Source: an uncultured Neisseria sp.
GTDB lineage: Bacteria; Pseudomonadota; Gammaproteobacteria; Burkholderiales; UBA11063
Assembly: GCA_964386295.1 (NCBI GenBank)
Contig: CAYLRR010000001.1
Coordinates: 178,116 to 242,115 of the forward strand
Reading direction: 5' to 3'
DNA: 64,000 nucleotides
Shown here: one piece after another, positions 1 through 12,208 of the stretch
Numbering within the stretch: position 1 is the stretch's first letter
Layout of the letters: the number at the start of each line of letters is the position of its first letter
The notes under the pieces: model-generated
What the model was told of the DNA's origin: nothing
Databases searched by the model: none
What the model saw: only the letters and a program-made list of their open reading frames with translations
Made by a program: the position numbers and the translations under genes

Positions 1-1
1 T

Positions 2-2086
2 CGTAAACTTGAAATATTTAAAATATTAGTCGAACAATTAAATACAGATATTTCTCACGAATTTCGCCCCAAATTAATAAAATATACAATTGCAGCTTTT
101 AAGGTACTTCAAAATTGTAAAGATGTCGCAGCTATTAATAATAGCAATTCACCAATTGCAACATTGCTGGATAATATAAATCTAATCTTGCAATTTAATC
201 AAATTGCAGGGACTTTGACGATTCTTAACAATATTAGCACTCAATATCCACTTATGGCAAGTTGTTGTGAGGAAATTGAAGCAATCCAGTTACATTATGA
301 AAAATTAATCAATAGCTTATTTAATTCTTCTAGCTTTAATGACAACAATATTAAGGATCAGTCAGCGTTTCCATTAACTAGCATTAGAAATTCAGAAGAA
401 TTGAAAACTGGTATTGCGCAACTGATAACCTGGATTAATAACTTGAATAGCAAATATATTGACAAAGATAATCTAGATACTAGAAAGTTACAATTTCAGC
501 ATAACAACCTCCAACAGCTTCATATTTTTTATAAAGAGCAAGTCCAGGCAAGATTTGAACGAGAGTTAGCTGAACTTGACAACATTGTTGAGGGGGTTTT
601 ACAATGTAACCATGCGGGGGCGTTAGATAATGCATTAAGTAATCCGTTAATAACCACTTTGCCAGCAAAATTTTCTGACTTTGCTGCCTCAACCGCTGGA
701 AGTCATACTGTATTAGTTGGCGATATTAGTGGCAGTTATGCGCGGATGATACTAAGCGCCTGCAAAGCCAAACATGCATTTATTACTCCTCGCGGTCAAA
801 AAATAGCCAACTTACTTGCCCACTTTGAAGATCGAATTTTAAGCGCTGAAGACTGTGGTGCTGGCATCGACTTGTTGGAGAAACACTACCAAATTAATTA
901 TAAACTGATTTATTTGATTAACCTATTGGAAAGAGAAGTAATTGTATGCCCGCATCCAGCCTATTCTCTGCAATTAATTGATATTGGTGACAGAATTTTT
1001 GATATGTTTGGCATCGCGCCTGATGCCAACATGTTTCTACAAGAGAGGCTAAACTATTATAAGCAGTTTAAGTTATATACTGCCTTGCTTGGTAATCATG
1101 AACTTTATAATACGTCAGCAAAAGATTTCAAGCGCGGTGAAGCTGCTAATGTATTGCCTATCGTAAAAATAAAGGATAGATTTATCAGCATCCGCCAGGC
1201 TTTAATAGAAAAGAACATCATTATTCCGCACCCGCAGCTTAATGATTATTTAAACCACAATACAGATACGGCAATGAAGGAACAGGATATTGATATGCAT
1301 TACTTAGACGACAAGTGTATACAATTCTATCAATGGCTCTTAAAAAATAATGTTTTAGCTTACCACTTAAAAGAAGAAAATGCAATTATTACCCATCATG
1401 GTTTGGCTTTAGCTTCAACTAAATTTACTGTAATTGAAAGAATACTGAATTTAGCCTGTAACAAAAACTCAATCGATGGCTTGATAAGATATGATAGCCA
1501 AAGTGAAGAACTTAACTATGAGCTAGAGAGCTTATGTAAGGAGCTAGCTGAAGAAACTCCAGCAACAATAATAAAACTGAAACAACTAAAAGCTAAATTT
1601 ATGCCCTTAGTGTCTAGCAATGACGCTATTACATGCGCTTTTGGCAATTTTAGTTTAACAAAACCCAATTCTTCAAACAATAAAATTCTCTGTAACCCAA
1701 GCGAGCTTTGCGATATGATAAATGCGCTTGGAATAGAAGGTGCAACTGAAACTGATTACATTCGCCAAAGGGCTATCCCCCTAATGAAATTTGATAAAGC
1801 AGGCGATAAGTCAATTACACTATTCAACGTAGCTCATTCGCGACAAGAAAAGATACCTGACCTTACCGGATTTAACTTAACCCAATCGCAAATGGAGGCA
1901 ACAAGCAAACTATTGGCAGTCAAGATTTTTCATGGGCACAATGGCAAACAAATCAAGTCAGGCGGCGTTTTAGGAATCAATGATCTGGGCCATACTGGCG
2001 AAAATAAGCCAACCCTGGTTTATTTAAATAATTTGGTTTATACTGTTCCTAACCGTAGTCCGGGTAATGTAGTGATTGAGTCATAA
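2..2086 (+). CDS. Large protein with a calcineurin-like metallophosphoesterase domain; 5'-truncated by the window edge
   Basis: Frame is open from base 2 (RKLEIFKILV...) into the listed TTG at 164, so the true start lies upstream. Motifs in order: VGDISG, IGDRIFD, LGNHEL, THHG, FHGHNG. Confidence 0.75.
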   Translation, partial: RKLEIFKILVEQLNTDISHEFRPKLIKYTIAAFKVLQNCKDVAAINNSNSPIATLLDNINLILQFNQIAGTLTILNNISTQYPLMASCCEEIEAIQLHYEKLINSLFNSSSFNDNNIKDQSAFPLTSIRNSEELKTGIAQLITWINNLNSKYIDKDNLDTRKLQFQHNNLQQLHIFYKEQVQARFERELAELDNIVEGVLQCNHAGALDNALSNPLITTLPAKFSDFAASTAGSHTVLVGDISGSYARMILSACKAKHAFITPRGQKIANLLAHFEDRILSAEDCGAGIDLLEKHYQINYKLIYLINLLEREVIVCPHPAYSLQLIDIGDRIFDMFGIAPDANMFLQERLNYYKQFKLYTALLGNHELYNTSAKDFKRGEAANVLPIVKIKDRFISIRQALIEKNIIIPHPQLNDYLNHNTDTAMKEQDIDMHYLDDKCIQFYQWLLKNNVLAYHLKEENAIITHHGLALASTKFTVIERILNLACNKNSIDGLIRYDSQSEELNYELESLCKELAEETPATIIKLKQLKAKFMPLVSSNDAITCAFGNFSLTKPNSSNNKILCNPSELCDMINALGIEGATETDYIRQRAIPLMKFDKAGDKSITLFNVAHSRQEKIPDLTGFNLTQSQMEATSKLLAVKIFHGHNGKQIKSGGVLGINDLGHTGENKPTLVYLNNLVYTVPNRSPGNVVIES

Positions 2087-2284
2087 AAATTCGATCTTAA
2101 AATTATCTTTATTTTTTAAAATTGAATACCTCGGTCTACACTTTTTTGAATATCATATTTTGAGATAAATAAATATCTAATTTTTAGCAAATAATGGAGA
2201 AAGCTAGTGGCTAATTCATGCGTTAAAAATTAGATATTTATTTCATTTTAGATATAATGAAGGAATAGTTTTATAACGCCCTTA

Positions 2285-5194
2285 GTGGATTTGTCGTTAG
2301 CAAGGAATAAGATCATGAGTTTTCGGTTACCTGATTTTCTAACCAGTTGCTGTGTCAGGAATCATTCTGTAAAAAGCCAATATGATTTTGAAAAAGAAGA
2401 TAATCATAAGCAAGCTAAGCTCTCCTATCAAGAGGATTTAAGTGTAGCAATCGCAGGAATCAACATAAATAGCAACATTGAAATCAACTATTCTTCTTTT
2501 AATAAATTATCTAAAGAATTACCTTTGCAAGAACTTGCTAAGCGTATCGCAAAACTTGAAACAATAGCCGAATTAAAAGCAATGGAGCTTATTATCTATG
2601 GACTGCAGGAAGCCTCAAACTGCTTCGCAAAGTCGTATAGAGTTGACGTTGAAATTGCCCCTGAAATAATCCAGGCATTAAATACCCTTAAAGATGATGT
2701 TAAGCTTATTCAAAACTTGCAATTAATCGTCCGCCATCGTACCTATTTAGGTCTGGAAATGCTAAAAAATCATTCGGGAGTAAAGTTTTCGCATGATTTC
2801 ATGACCAATTATACGGCAAGTGCTGATAAGCTCAGAGAGGTAATAGTCAAACGTCAACAATCAATTTCCAGACTAAACTTATGTGGTTTTATTAAACCAG
2901 TTAACCCTACTAACAGACTTCAAGCAGAATCATTTCGCCAAAATGATAATAGTGGTAATGCAAATCAATCAATTGATGTTTCAGAAACCAAGCAATTAGA
3001 TCAGGTTTTAGATCTATCGGTTGGCCTTTCAACTGCTAGAGCGAATGAAAATGATTTTGTGGACATTTCAATCCAGTTATCCACTCGATTAGATGCATTA
3101 AACAAAGCTGCTTTTGCTGAAAAACCAGAAAAATATACTGAGTTAATAGATCTAATAAATAATTATGAGAAATTTCTAAATAACCAAATCAATCAGAACA
3201 AATTCTTATTTCAGCGTACCAAGATTGGTAGTAAAATTAATGATATTTTTTTTAATGCACAGGATATCAATACAAAATCCCAAGATCGCAGCACATATGG
3301 CAATAAATCTAACTATGAAGCCGCATTAGGTGATCTCGATAATGAAATTTCAGATTTGTTAAAACTAACTAAAAAGCTTGTAGCTAAAAGAGATCAATTA
3401 AATTCCTCCTTGCCAGAAATGGAAAGCGAAGCGCCAAAAGAAGTAAATATTAATGATAAAAATTTCTGGAAATTAAAAAAACTTACTACTTTTCCGGAGT
3501 GGCAGCTAAATATAGCAAATTGCCTTTTTAGCCGAATTAAATCTGCTTACCACAAAATAGCGGCTACACATCCCGAAACGATGGAATTCCAAGATAAAAT
3601 AGAGAGGTTAACTAAATATAAGGAGACCTTGCATAAAATACGGATACAAAGTAGTGCCGTCATAATGTCTTATCATAATGAAAAATTTAATAATTTACTT
3701 GCAGTTGCCAAGGCATGGAATGACGGAACTTTAGCTGATTTCGATAGTCCAGAATTTACAACTCCTCACCCTAAGTTTATAAAATTTGGCGAAGTTAGTA
3801 AATGCAAAGGCCCTTATGCCTTGGGCGATACTGAAGGATCCTTTTTGCGAATAGTGCATGCATGCGTTGCAGCAAAGGTTATTTTCCTTAGTCCAGATGG
3901 CGAACGGTTATTAAACCTTTTATCACATTTTGAAGGTATAATCCTTGACACGATAGACGCTATTGGACTTGCTATAAACCCTTATGAACTTGTGGAAAAA
4001 TTTCACAATAGCCTTGAATTAAGAAACCTTACATATTTCCTGTTGGAGAGCATCACTATTAACCCACAAGAAGCGGAAGACGAAGTCGTTTTTATCGGTG
4101 ATAGCCTCTTTGACCTATTAGGTCTAGATGCCAGTCTAAATATGTATTTAATTGAAAAGCTAGCAAAAAAGCCAAAAGTACATTTTATTTTTGGCAACCA
4201 TGACCTCCTTCATGGTGCTGGTTCTGGTAAGAAAAGCGGCCCAACAATAAATCGATTTATTAAAAACACTACTAGTACGCCAGCCAAGCTAAATACCCGT
4301 GAGAATAGCCTTTCTGAAAAGTACCCTTATCACCCAGTCCTCAAAGAGTATTTAAATCAGATTATACAACTCAAGACAACTATAAATAACAATCGCAACA
4401 ATAATATAAATGATCCTTTTTATTATTTGGTAAGGGATAAGTTAGTTATTAATAGGTGCTTAAATAGTGCCGGCTGCCGTAATTTTTATCAATGGATACT
4501 TGATAATTTCGAACCAGTATATTTTGATGAAAAAAACCGAGTTGTTCATTGGCATCATGGTGGGTTAATAAATCGCGACTATTTAATCTTAATCGACACA
4601 ATTTTAAACTTGCCATGTAACTCACCTGAAGCAGACGTTAATGATAATGATTTATACCGTTTTCTAGGCAAGGAAGACCTTGAAAAAGAGATTTCCGAAT
4701 TCTTTAAAAAAATAAATTATGCAAGACCTATCACTATCGGGCAATTGCGCGCATTTAAGCAAAGGATTACTATACCAAATCCAAATAATTTAACGACGGT
4801 TTTCGGTAAAATTGAATATACACCAGGTTTAACAATATACAATTTCATAAAGACAATTAAAGCAAGATTCAATATGTTATGGCTGCAATTGGCAGAGCTT
4901 AGTGTAATAACAGGTGGTGGGCAAGGAAATATAATTTATGACGAATTAACTAAAGAATTCAAAAACTTTGGCGACAATAATATTATCAACTTCAGACCCA
5001 GTGATGAACAGAACAATGATCTTGCTGAATTATTTAAGGTTTTCTCACATATCGGCCACCACGGCCCAGCTGCAGTTGGCAGTTATGTATTTCGCTCAAA
5101 TAATCAGCAAAATGGAAAATATGAACCTATCTTTTTCAGCATTTCCGCATCGTTGGAACAATCTAACAAAAATAGACAAAGTAGTCAAAGATAG
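2285..5194 (+). CDS. Large protein: N-terminal helical/coiled-coil region plus a metallophosphoesterase domain; paralog of the upstream gene
   Basis: Motifs LGDTEG, IGDSLFD, FGNHDL, WHHGG, HIGHHG. Likely start is ATG 2315 after AAGGAA. Confidence 0.8.
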   Translation: MDLSLARNKIMSFRLPDFLTSCCVRNHSVKSQYDFEKEDNHKQAKLSYQEDLSVAIAGININSNIEINYSSFNKLSKELPLQELAKRIAKLETIAELKAMELIIYGLQEASNCFAKSYRVDVEIAPEIIQALNTLKDDVKLIQNLQLIVRHRTYLGLEMLKNHSGVKFSHDFMTNYTASADKLREVIVKRQQSISRLNLCGFIKPVNPTNRLQAESFRQNDNSGNANQSIDVSETKQLDQVLDLSVGLSTARANENDFVDISIQLSTRLDALNKAAFAEKPEKYTELIDLINNYEKFLNNQINQNKFLFQRTKIGSKINDIFFNAQDINTKSQDRSTYGNKSNYEAALGDLDNEISDLLKLTKKLVAKRDQLNSSLPEMESEAPKEVNINDKNFWKLKKLTTFPEWQLNIANCLFSRIKSAYHKIAATHPETMEFQDKIERLTKYKETLHKIRIQSSAVIMSYHNEKFNNLLAVAKAWNDGTLADFDSPEFTTPHPKFIKFGEVSKCKGPYALGDTEGSFLRIVHACVAAKVIFLSPDGERLLNLLSHFEGIILDTIDAIGLAINPYELVEKFHNSLELRNLTYFLLESITINPQEAEDEVVFIGDSLFDLLGLDASLNMYLIEKLAKKPKVHFIFGNHDLLHGAGSGKKSGPTINRFIKNTTSTPAKLNTRENSLSEKYPYHPVLKEYLNQIIQLKTTINNNRNNNINDPFYYLVRDKLVINRCLNSAGCRNFYQWILDNFEPVYFDEKNRVVHWHHGGLINRDYLILIDTILNLPCNSPEADVNDNDLYRFLGKEDLEKEISEFFKKINYARPITIGQLRAFKQRITIPNPNNLTTVFGKIEYTPGLTIYNFIKTIKARFNMLWLQLAELSVITGGGQGNIIYDELTKEFKNFGDNNIINFRPSDEQNNDLAELFKVFSHIGHHGPAAVGSYVFRSNNQQNGKYEPIFFSISASLEQSNKNRQSSQR

Positions 5195-5216
5195 CCAATA
5201 GTTGACCTTGTAACTA

Positions 5217-5225
5217 TGGTATAAT
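5217..5225 (+). promoter_or_regulatory. Extended -10 promoter element for typA
   Basis: TGgTATAAT about 50 nt upstream of the typA start. Confidence 0.5.
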
Positions 5226-5277
5226 TCAAACTATTTGAATGACTAGCGTAGTCATAACTATTTCATAGAGAATTTCA

Positions 5278-7101
5278 ATGTCAAAAAATTTACGTAATAT
5301 AGCTATTATCGCACACGTTGACCATGGTAAGACTACCCTGGTTGACAAATTACTTCATCAAGCCGGCACTTTTTCAGCGCATCAACAAGTAGCTGAGCGG
5401 GTAATGGATAGTAATGATATCGAGAAAGAACGCGGAATTACCATTTTCGCCAAAAATGCTTCATTAGAATATAAAGGGACGCGGATTAACATCGTTGATA
5501 CTCCAGGCCATGCTGACTTTGGTGGTGAAGTTGAACGGGTACTAGGAATGGTGGATGGCGTCTTACTTTTAGTCGACGCTGTAGAAGGTCCAATGCCGCA
5601 AACCCGCTTTGTAACCCGTAAAGCCTTAGCTCTTGGCTTAAAACCAATCGTAGTTATCAATAAAATTGATCGCCCTGGCTCACGCCCGGACTGGGTAATT
5701 GACCAGACATTCGACTTATTTGACAAGCTTGGCGCTACAGAAGAGCAACTTGACTTTCCTGTTGTTTATGCTTCAGCTTTAAACGGCTTTGCTTCACTTG
5801 ACGCTAGTTCAAATCCAGGTAATATGGAAGCGTTATTTGAAACAATTTTAAATCACGTGGCTGCGCCAACCGATGATGAGAATGGCCCGTTACAATTACA
5901 AATTTCAGCTCTTGACTATAACAGTTTCGTTGGTCGAATCGGCGTTGGCCGGATCCGTAGCGGACGCATTAAACCAGGCCAGCAAGTAATTGTTGCAAGT
6001 GGACCAGATGGCGAACGTAAAAACGGTAAAATTAATCAGGTTCAGATCTTTAGCGGCTTAGAGCGTGCGCTTGTCAATGAAGCGTCAGCTGGCGATATCG
6101 TGTTAATTAATGGTATTGAGGAATTAAATATTGGCGTTACGATTTGTGATACAAATAACCCACAACCGTTGCCGATGTTAAAAGTTGATGAGCCAACTAT
6201 CAGTATGACGTTCCAGGTTAATACCTCTCCACTTGCCGGAACCGAAGGTAAATTTGTAACTAGCCGCCAAATTCGTGACCGCTTAAACAAAGAACTATTA
6301 ACTAACGTTGCATTACGTGTAGAAGACACTGATAATACTGATGAATTTTTGGTATCCGGCCGTGGTGAGCTGCATTTAACGATTTTAATTGAAAATATGC
6401 GTCGTGAAGGGTTTGAGTTGGCTGTTGCCAAACCACATGTGGTAATGAAAACCATCAATGGCGAAAAAATGGAACCATATGAGCTACTTACCGTTGATGT
6501 AGAAGAAGAACATCAAGGTGGCGTTATGGAAGAACTAGGCCGCCGTAAAGGTGAAATGATCGATATGTCTAGTGACGGCAAAGGCCGTACCCGTATTGAA
6601 TATCGGATCCCTGCGCGTGGCTTAATTGGTTTTCAGGGCGAATTTTTGACACTAACCCGTGGAACAGGCCTAATGGCACATTTATTTGATGATTATGGTC
6701 CAGTTAAACCGGATATTCCAGGTCGTCGCAATGGTGTATTAATTTCTCAAGAAGATGGTCCTGCGGTTGCTTATGCGTTATGGAATTTAGAAGACCGTGG
6801 AAGAATGTTTGTTAGCCCTGGCGATAAACTATACACCGGAATGATTATTGGTATTCATAGTCGGGACAATGACTTAAATGTCAATCCTATTAAAGGTAAA
6901 AAGCTTACCAACGTCCGCGCCTCAGGTACTGATGAAGCTGTTCGCTTGACTCCACCAATTGCTCTTACCCTAGAAAGTGCAATTGAATTTATTGATGATG
7001 ATGAACTGGTTGAAGTTACCCCACAAAATATCCGTTTACGTAAGCGCTATTTAGATGAGCATGAACGGAAACGCGCAAGCAAAGCTGCGGCAAATAGTTA
7101 A
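5278..7101 (+). CDS. typA: Translational GTPase TypA/BipA
   Basis: [42 protein letters not shown]. Confidence 0.98.
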   Translation: MSKNLRNIAIIAHVDHGKTTLVDKLLHQAGTFSAHQQVAERVMDSNDIEKERGITIFAKNASLEYKGTRINIVDTPGHADFGGEVERVLGMVDGVLLLVDAVEGPMPQTRFVTRKALALGLKPIVVINKIDRPGSRPDWVIDQTFDLFDKLGATEEQLDFPVVYASALNGFASLDASSNPGNMEALFETILNHVAAPTDDENGPLQLQISALDYNSFVGRIGVGRIRSGRIKPGQQVIVASGPDGERKNGKINQVQIFSGLERALVNEASAGDIVLINGIEELNIGVTICDTNNPQPLPMLKVDEPTISMTFQVNTSPLAGTEGKFVTSRQIRDRLNKELLTNVALRVEDTDNTDEFLVSGRGELHLTILIENMRREGFELAVAKPHVVMKTINGEKMEPYELLTVDVEEEHQGGVMEELGRRKGEMIDMSSDGKGRTRIEYRIPARGLIGFQGEFLTLTRGTGLMAHLFDDYGPVKPDIPGRRNGVLISQEDGPAVAYALWNLEDRGRMFVSPGDKLYTGMIIGIHSRDNDLNVNPIKGKKLTNVRASGTDEAVRLTPPIALTLESAIEFIDDDELVEVTPQNIRLRKRYLDEHERKRASKAAANS

Positions 7102-7122
7102 TTTTAAAATAACATAAAGGAA

Positions 7123-7476
7123 GTGATTATGATTTTGCATACTGCTGAAGAATCATTACATTGGGAAGAAGTAAGCCACCATGTTTTAAATAGGGTTAAT
7201 CTAGGTGTAGTTAAGATTTTGCAAGCCGAAATTTTTTACTACAAAAATGAAGAACTATCAGTACGTGCTACTTTAAAGTTGCAGGAACTTAATTCAGGTG
7301 AGAAGCCATTTGGGCTAAATATAACTAGCTACGCTCATGTTCACCCGGATGTATTACGTTTAGAATTCAGTGAAACTAAACATATTGGTGACTACGAAAC
7401 TTTGGAAGAAGCTAAAGAAGCAGCTCAAATTTACTTTAACCACCATCATCATACTAAATATCACCATCCACATTAA
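7123..7476 (+). CDS. Hypothetical protein with a His-rich C-terminus
   Basis: 117-aa ORF after AAAGGAA, ending HHHHTKYHHPH and followed by a terminator. Confidence 0.7.
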   Translation: MIMILHTAEESLHWEEVSHHVLNRVNLGVVKILQAEIFYYKNEELSVRATLKLQELNSGEKPFGLNITSYAHVHPDVLRLEFSETKHIGDYETLEEAKEAAQIYFNHHHHTKYHHPH

Positions 7477-7502
7477 AAAAGAGCCGTATAAGGCTCTTTT
7501 TT
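7475..7502. terminator. Bidirectional intrinsic terminator
   Basis: AAAAAAGAGCC-gtataa-GGCTCTTTTTT between convergent genes. Confidence 0.85.
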
Positions 7503-7824
7503 AACGAATTATAACTGCAGTTCCATAACAAAATACTTCGTTTGCACGGGTCTGGTCTCCGCCGACACTATCAGAGTCATAACGCATAGCTACAATTGCG
7601 TTAGCTCCCATTGCCGTAGCCTGGCTAATCATATTCTGATAAGCATGCTCTCGAGTTTGCTCACACATTTGGGTTAAAGCCTGGTTATTACCACCCAGGA
7701 TATTTTTTAGATTAGCAAAAAACCCTTGGGTAATGGTTGGGGTCCTAACAACTATCCCATGGACCACTCCTAAAACTTGGACGATCTCTTTACCGGGAAT
7801 ATCATTTGTTGTGGTAACAATCAT
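7501..7824 (-). CDS. YbjQ/UPF0145 family protein
   Basis: MIVTTTNDIPGKEI..., GANAIVAMRYD, EVFCYGTAV. Confidence 0.92.
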   Translation of the reverse strand: MIVTTTNDIPGKEIVQVLGVVHGIVVRTPTITQGFFANLKNILGGNNQALTQMCEQTREHAYQNMISQATAMGANAIVAMRYDSDSVGGDQTRANEVFCYGTAVIIR

Positions 7825-7876
7825 TTAATTATCCTTAAAAATTTTTGCTGAACTCATCACTAGACATTTTTATTAA

Positions 7877-7910
7877 AAAATTGGCGAGGAATATCCTCCT
7901 CGCCAATTTT
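7877..7910 (-). terminator. Terminator of dnaJ
   Basis: 14-bp perfect stem AAAATTGGCGAGGA/TCCTCGCCAATTTT directly after the dnaJ stop. Confidence 0.8.
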
Positions 7911-7911
7911 A

Positions 7912-9069
7912 TCATTCATTGCTAAAGAAGTCCTTGACTTTATCAAAAAATGTTTTAGTTTTCGGGTGATGAGGCGAATTTTGGCCGCCACTTAATTCAC
8001 CAAATTTCTGGATTAACTCTTTTTGCTCGTTGGTTAGCTTGACCGGAGTTTCAACAAACATATGGCAATATAAGTCACCAACCATTACGCTTCGTAAGCC
8101 CTTAATGCCTTTTTCGCGAATGCGTAAAACTTGGTTAGTTTGCGTACCTTCTGGAATCTTGAGCTTGACGCTCTTACCATCGATTGTCGGCACATCAACC
8201 TCACCACCAAGTGAAGCTGTAACAAAACTAATCGGTACTTCACAGTGTAGATCTTTACCCTGACGTGAGAAGACTTTATGCTGCTTCACTGAGACGTGGA
8301 CATATAAATCACCATTAGGGCCGCCATTTAACCCAGCTTCGCCTTCACCAGTTAAACGCAAAGTGCTACCATTATCAATACCCCCAGGGATAGTAACATT
8401 TACTTTACGGTTTGCGCGGATTAAGCCGCTGCCACGGCAATCTGCACATGGGTTTTTAATTGTTTTACCGCGCCCATGGCAATCCGGACATGGTTGCTGA
8501 ACCGAAAAGAAGCCTTGTGAGAAACGTACTTGGCCAGCACCATTACATGTTTTACAAGTTACTACATCTTCTGGTTTTTTAGATCCCTTGCCATCACAAG
8601 TAGAACATTTTTCTGTACGAGGGAATTTGATCTCTTTATCACAACCAAAAGCTGATTCTTCAAGTGTAATTTGGATATTATATTCCAGGTCGCTGCCCCG
8701 CATAGCCCCATTGCGCTGTTCCCTGCGGCGTCCACCACCACCAAAAATGTCACCAAAGACATCAAAAATATCTTCAAATCCGGCACCGCTAGTGAAACCT
8801 TCAAAACCGCCGCCACTAGCTGAATTACCACCAACACCAGCATGACCAAACTGGTCATACATTTGTTTTTTTTGTGGATCAGATAATACAGCATAAGCTT
8901 CTTGCAATTCTTTAAATTTTTCTTCAGCCTGTTTTTTTTCAGCATCAGGCATTGTTGCAACACGGTCAGGATGATATTTCATGGCAAGCTTGCGATAAGC
9001 TTTCTTAATCTCATCGTCAGAAGCACCTTTAGCGACGCCCAAAACCTCATAATAATCACGTTTGGTCAT
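7912..9069 (-). CDS. dnaJ: Chaperone DnaJ
   Basis: J domain with HPD, G/F-rich region, four CxxCxGxG repeats. Confidence 0.98.
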   Translation of the reverse strand: MTKRDYYEVLGVAKGASDDEIKKAYRKLAMKYHPDRVATMPDAEKKQAEEKFKELQEAYAVLSDPQKKQMYDQFGHAGVGGNSASGGGFEGFTSGAGFEDIFDVFGDIFGGGGRRREQRNGAMRGSDLEYNIQITLEESAFGCDKEIKFPRTEKCSTCDGKGSKKPEDVVTCKTCNGAGQVRFSQGFFSVQQPCPDCHGRGKTIKNPCADCRGSGLIRANRKVNVTIPGGIDNGSTLRLTGEGEAGLNGGPNGDLYVHVSVKQHKVFSRQGKDLHCEVPISFVTASLGGEVDVPTIDGKSVKLKIPEGTQTNQVLRIREKGIKGLRSVMVGDLYCHMFVETPVKLTNEQKELIQKFGELSGGQNSPHHPKTKTFFDKVKDFFSNE

Positions 9070-9106
9070 ATTTCAAAAACCTTAAAAAATTTTTTCTTGT
9101 TAGGTT

Positions 9107-9134
9107 ATATAAGGACTTATATTACAAATTCAAG
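9107..9134 (-). promoter_or_regulatory. Sigma32-type heat-shock promoter of dnaJ
   Basis: Minus strand CTTGAA-14 nt-CCTTATAT versus consensus CTTGAA-N13-17-CCCCATnT. Confidence 0.65.
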
Positions 9135-9164
9135 TAGACTAAAAGCTATTTTTTAGATCCTAAA

Positions 9165-9668
9165 CTAGCTATTACTGCCATTATTAGAAATAAGACCTTC
9201 GTGTTCTAACAACCACTTCTTTATTTTAAGCCCCAAATCCAGATTACCCGAGTTAAACCCACCTAATTGACCTTTTGCGGCTATTATCCGATGGCATGGA
9301 ATGAAAATAGGAAGCGGGTTTTTTCCGCAGGCACCACCAACGGCTCGTGGCGAAGACTTGATTAATCGTGCCACCTCCCCATAACTAAGTGCTTCACCAC
9401 TTCGAATACTTAACATTGTATTCCATACATTTAACTGATGCGTGCTGCCAGTATATTTTAATGGTAAGCTAAAATTAAATTTGGGATCATTAACATAATT
9501 AGCTAACTGGCTAAATACTTCATTGGCAAAATCGCTGTATTGCCCTACCATAATTAAGTTTTCATCACGCAAATGCACAAATCTTGCCTGAGTTAAATTT
9601 AACCCTTCTAGTACTATTTCTAGCCCAAAGGTTGGAAAATTGAAGTGAAGCAGACTATATTGATCCAT
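9165..9668 (-). CDS. ogt: Methylated-DNA-protein-cysteine methyltransferase
   Basis: SYGEVA...RAVGGAC..NP and the IPCHRII active site. Confidence 0.95.
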   Translation of the reverse strand: MDQYSLLHFNFPTFGLEIVLEGLNLTQARFVHLRDENLIMVGQYSDFANEVFSQLANYVNDPKFNFSLPLKYTGSTHQLNVWNTMLSIRSGEALSYGEVARLIKSSPRAVGGACGKNPLPIFIPCHRIIAAKGQLGGFNSGNLDLGLKIKKWLLEHEGLISNNGSNS

Positions 9669-9681
9669 GGTAATACCTTGG

Positions 9682-10482
9682 CTAATTACAAAAATCTTGT
9701 AAAGTCTTATATTCGGGGCTTTTTTCTTTTTTGGTTAGAGCCTTAAACATAACACAATATTTGCGCCCACCGCCGCAAGAGTTGTCATCAAGCAACACGC
9801 CGTCAATATAACAGCCATCTTGGCCAGCTATTTGGAGTATCTTAGCGGCAGTCAAACCTGCATACTTATGTTTTAGTTCTTTGCTGTTAGCCTTACTAAT
9901 TAATTCTACTTTACCTTCTTTATACTTATAACTTACAACTACATCAGGCCCTAAATATGGGTTATCCTGTGGCATAGTGATTATTAAGCCGTCATCAGTT
10001 TCACTAATAGCCGTGATTGGCAGGCAGCTACCAAAAGCTCTACTGATCGAGTATGAAGTTCTATTAATTGTAATAAATTGATATTCTTTAGTACATTGGT
10101 TACCCCCTTGGTTATAACTTATCAATATAACCTGGTCTGAACCCATTAGAAAGCCTTTAACCAATTCAATCTCAGATACCGCTTGAATATTTAAAGGAAC
10201 ATCATTTAACTTGATTTGATACTTACTAATGCCGTTTTGATTAATTTTTTCGCTAATCAATATTCCCTGCTCAGTAGAAATACCAGCCTCTAACATAGTA
10301 GTAAGACTCGTTGGAGCCTCAATAGCCGCAGATGAATTAATTGGTGCAGAGCTTGACTCCTTAACCACATTATGATATTCAATACCCGCCTTATTGGCGA
10401 CTGGAAACAAATGATTCTTGGCTAAATAAAATCCAGCAAACAATAAGGCAATTACAATTACTAACAGTAGAATTTTTTTCAT
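9682..10482 (-). CDS. Hypothetical exported or membrane-anchored protein
   Basis: N-terminal hydrophobic anchor, GGNQC...FGSC motif, Cys-rich C-terminus. Confidence 0.7.
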   Translation of the reverse strand: MKKILLLVIVIALLFAGFYLAKNHLFPVANKAGIEYHNVVKESSSAPINSSAAIEAPTSLTTMLEAGISTEQGILISEKINQNGISKYQIKLNDVPLNIQAVSEIELVKGFLMGSDQVILISYNQGGNQCTKEYQFITINRTSYSISRAFGSCLPITAISETDDGLIITMPQDNPYLGPDVVVSYKYKEGKVELISKANSKELKHKYAGLTAAKILQIAGQDGCYIDGVLLDDNSCGGGRKYCVMFKALTKKEKSPEYKTLQDFCN

Positions 10483-10531
10483 CAGTAATATCCTAAAGTC
10501 AAGTCCTCACTAATAGAGTGAGGACAGTTAG

Positions 10532-10816
10532 CTATTTATTTGCTGATCCTTGTGATTGCGGATTGGCCAGTAACATTTTCCGGTTGCGGGGTGGAAAACA
10601 GCCAGGGTGGCTTTCAAAAATCTGGCGATTTTGCATCATCAATTTACCCATAGTACATGCATCTTGTTTTTCAAATGCCTGATCAATCGCTAAATGATTC
10701 TGGTGCATTTGCTCGCGATATTGCTGACAAGCTCCGCTACTCTCAGCACTTGCAGGGTTTAAGGCAAAAACAGGTGCCATACTAACAATTCCGAGTAAGA
10801 GTATAATTTTCTTCAT
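10532..10816 (-). CDS. Small secreted protein
   Basis: Signal peptide MKKIILLLGIVSMAPVFA, helical Q/M-rich body with 3 Cys. Confidence 0.7.
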   Translation of the reverse strand: MKKIILLLGIVSMAPVFALNPASAESSGACQQYREQMHQNHLAIDQAFEKQDACTMGKLMMQNRQIFESHPGCFPPRNRKMLLANPQSQGSANK

Positions 10817-10832
10817 TACTAATTCCTTATAT

Positions 10833-12134
<1,302 letters not shown>

Positions 12135-12208
12135 TTAGATATTTTTTCTTTAGCCATTTCTCTGGCTCTATTTTTTCGGCAAGATATCTTTCCAAGTTCA
12201 GTATTTTA

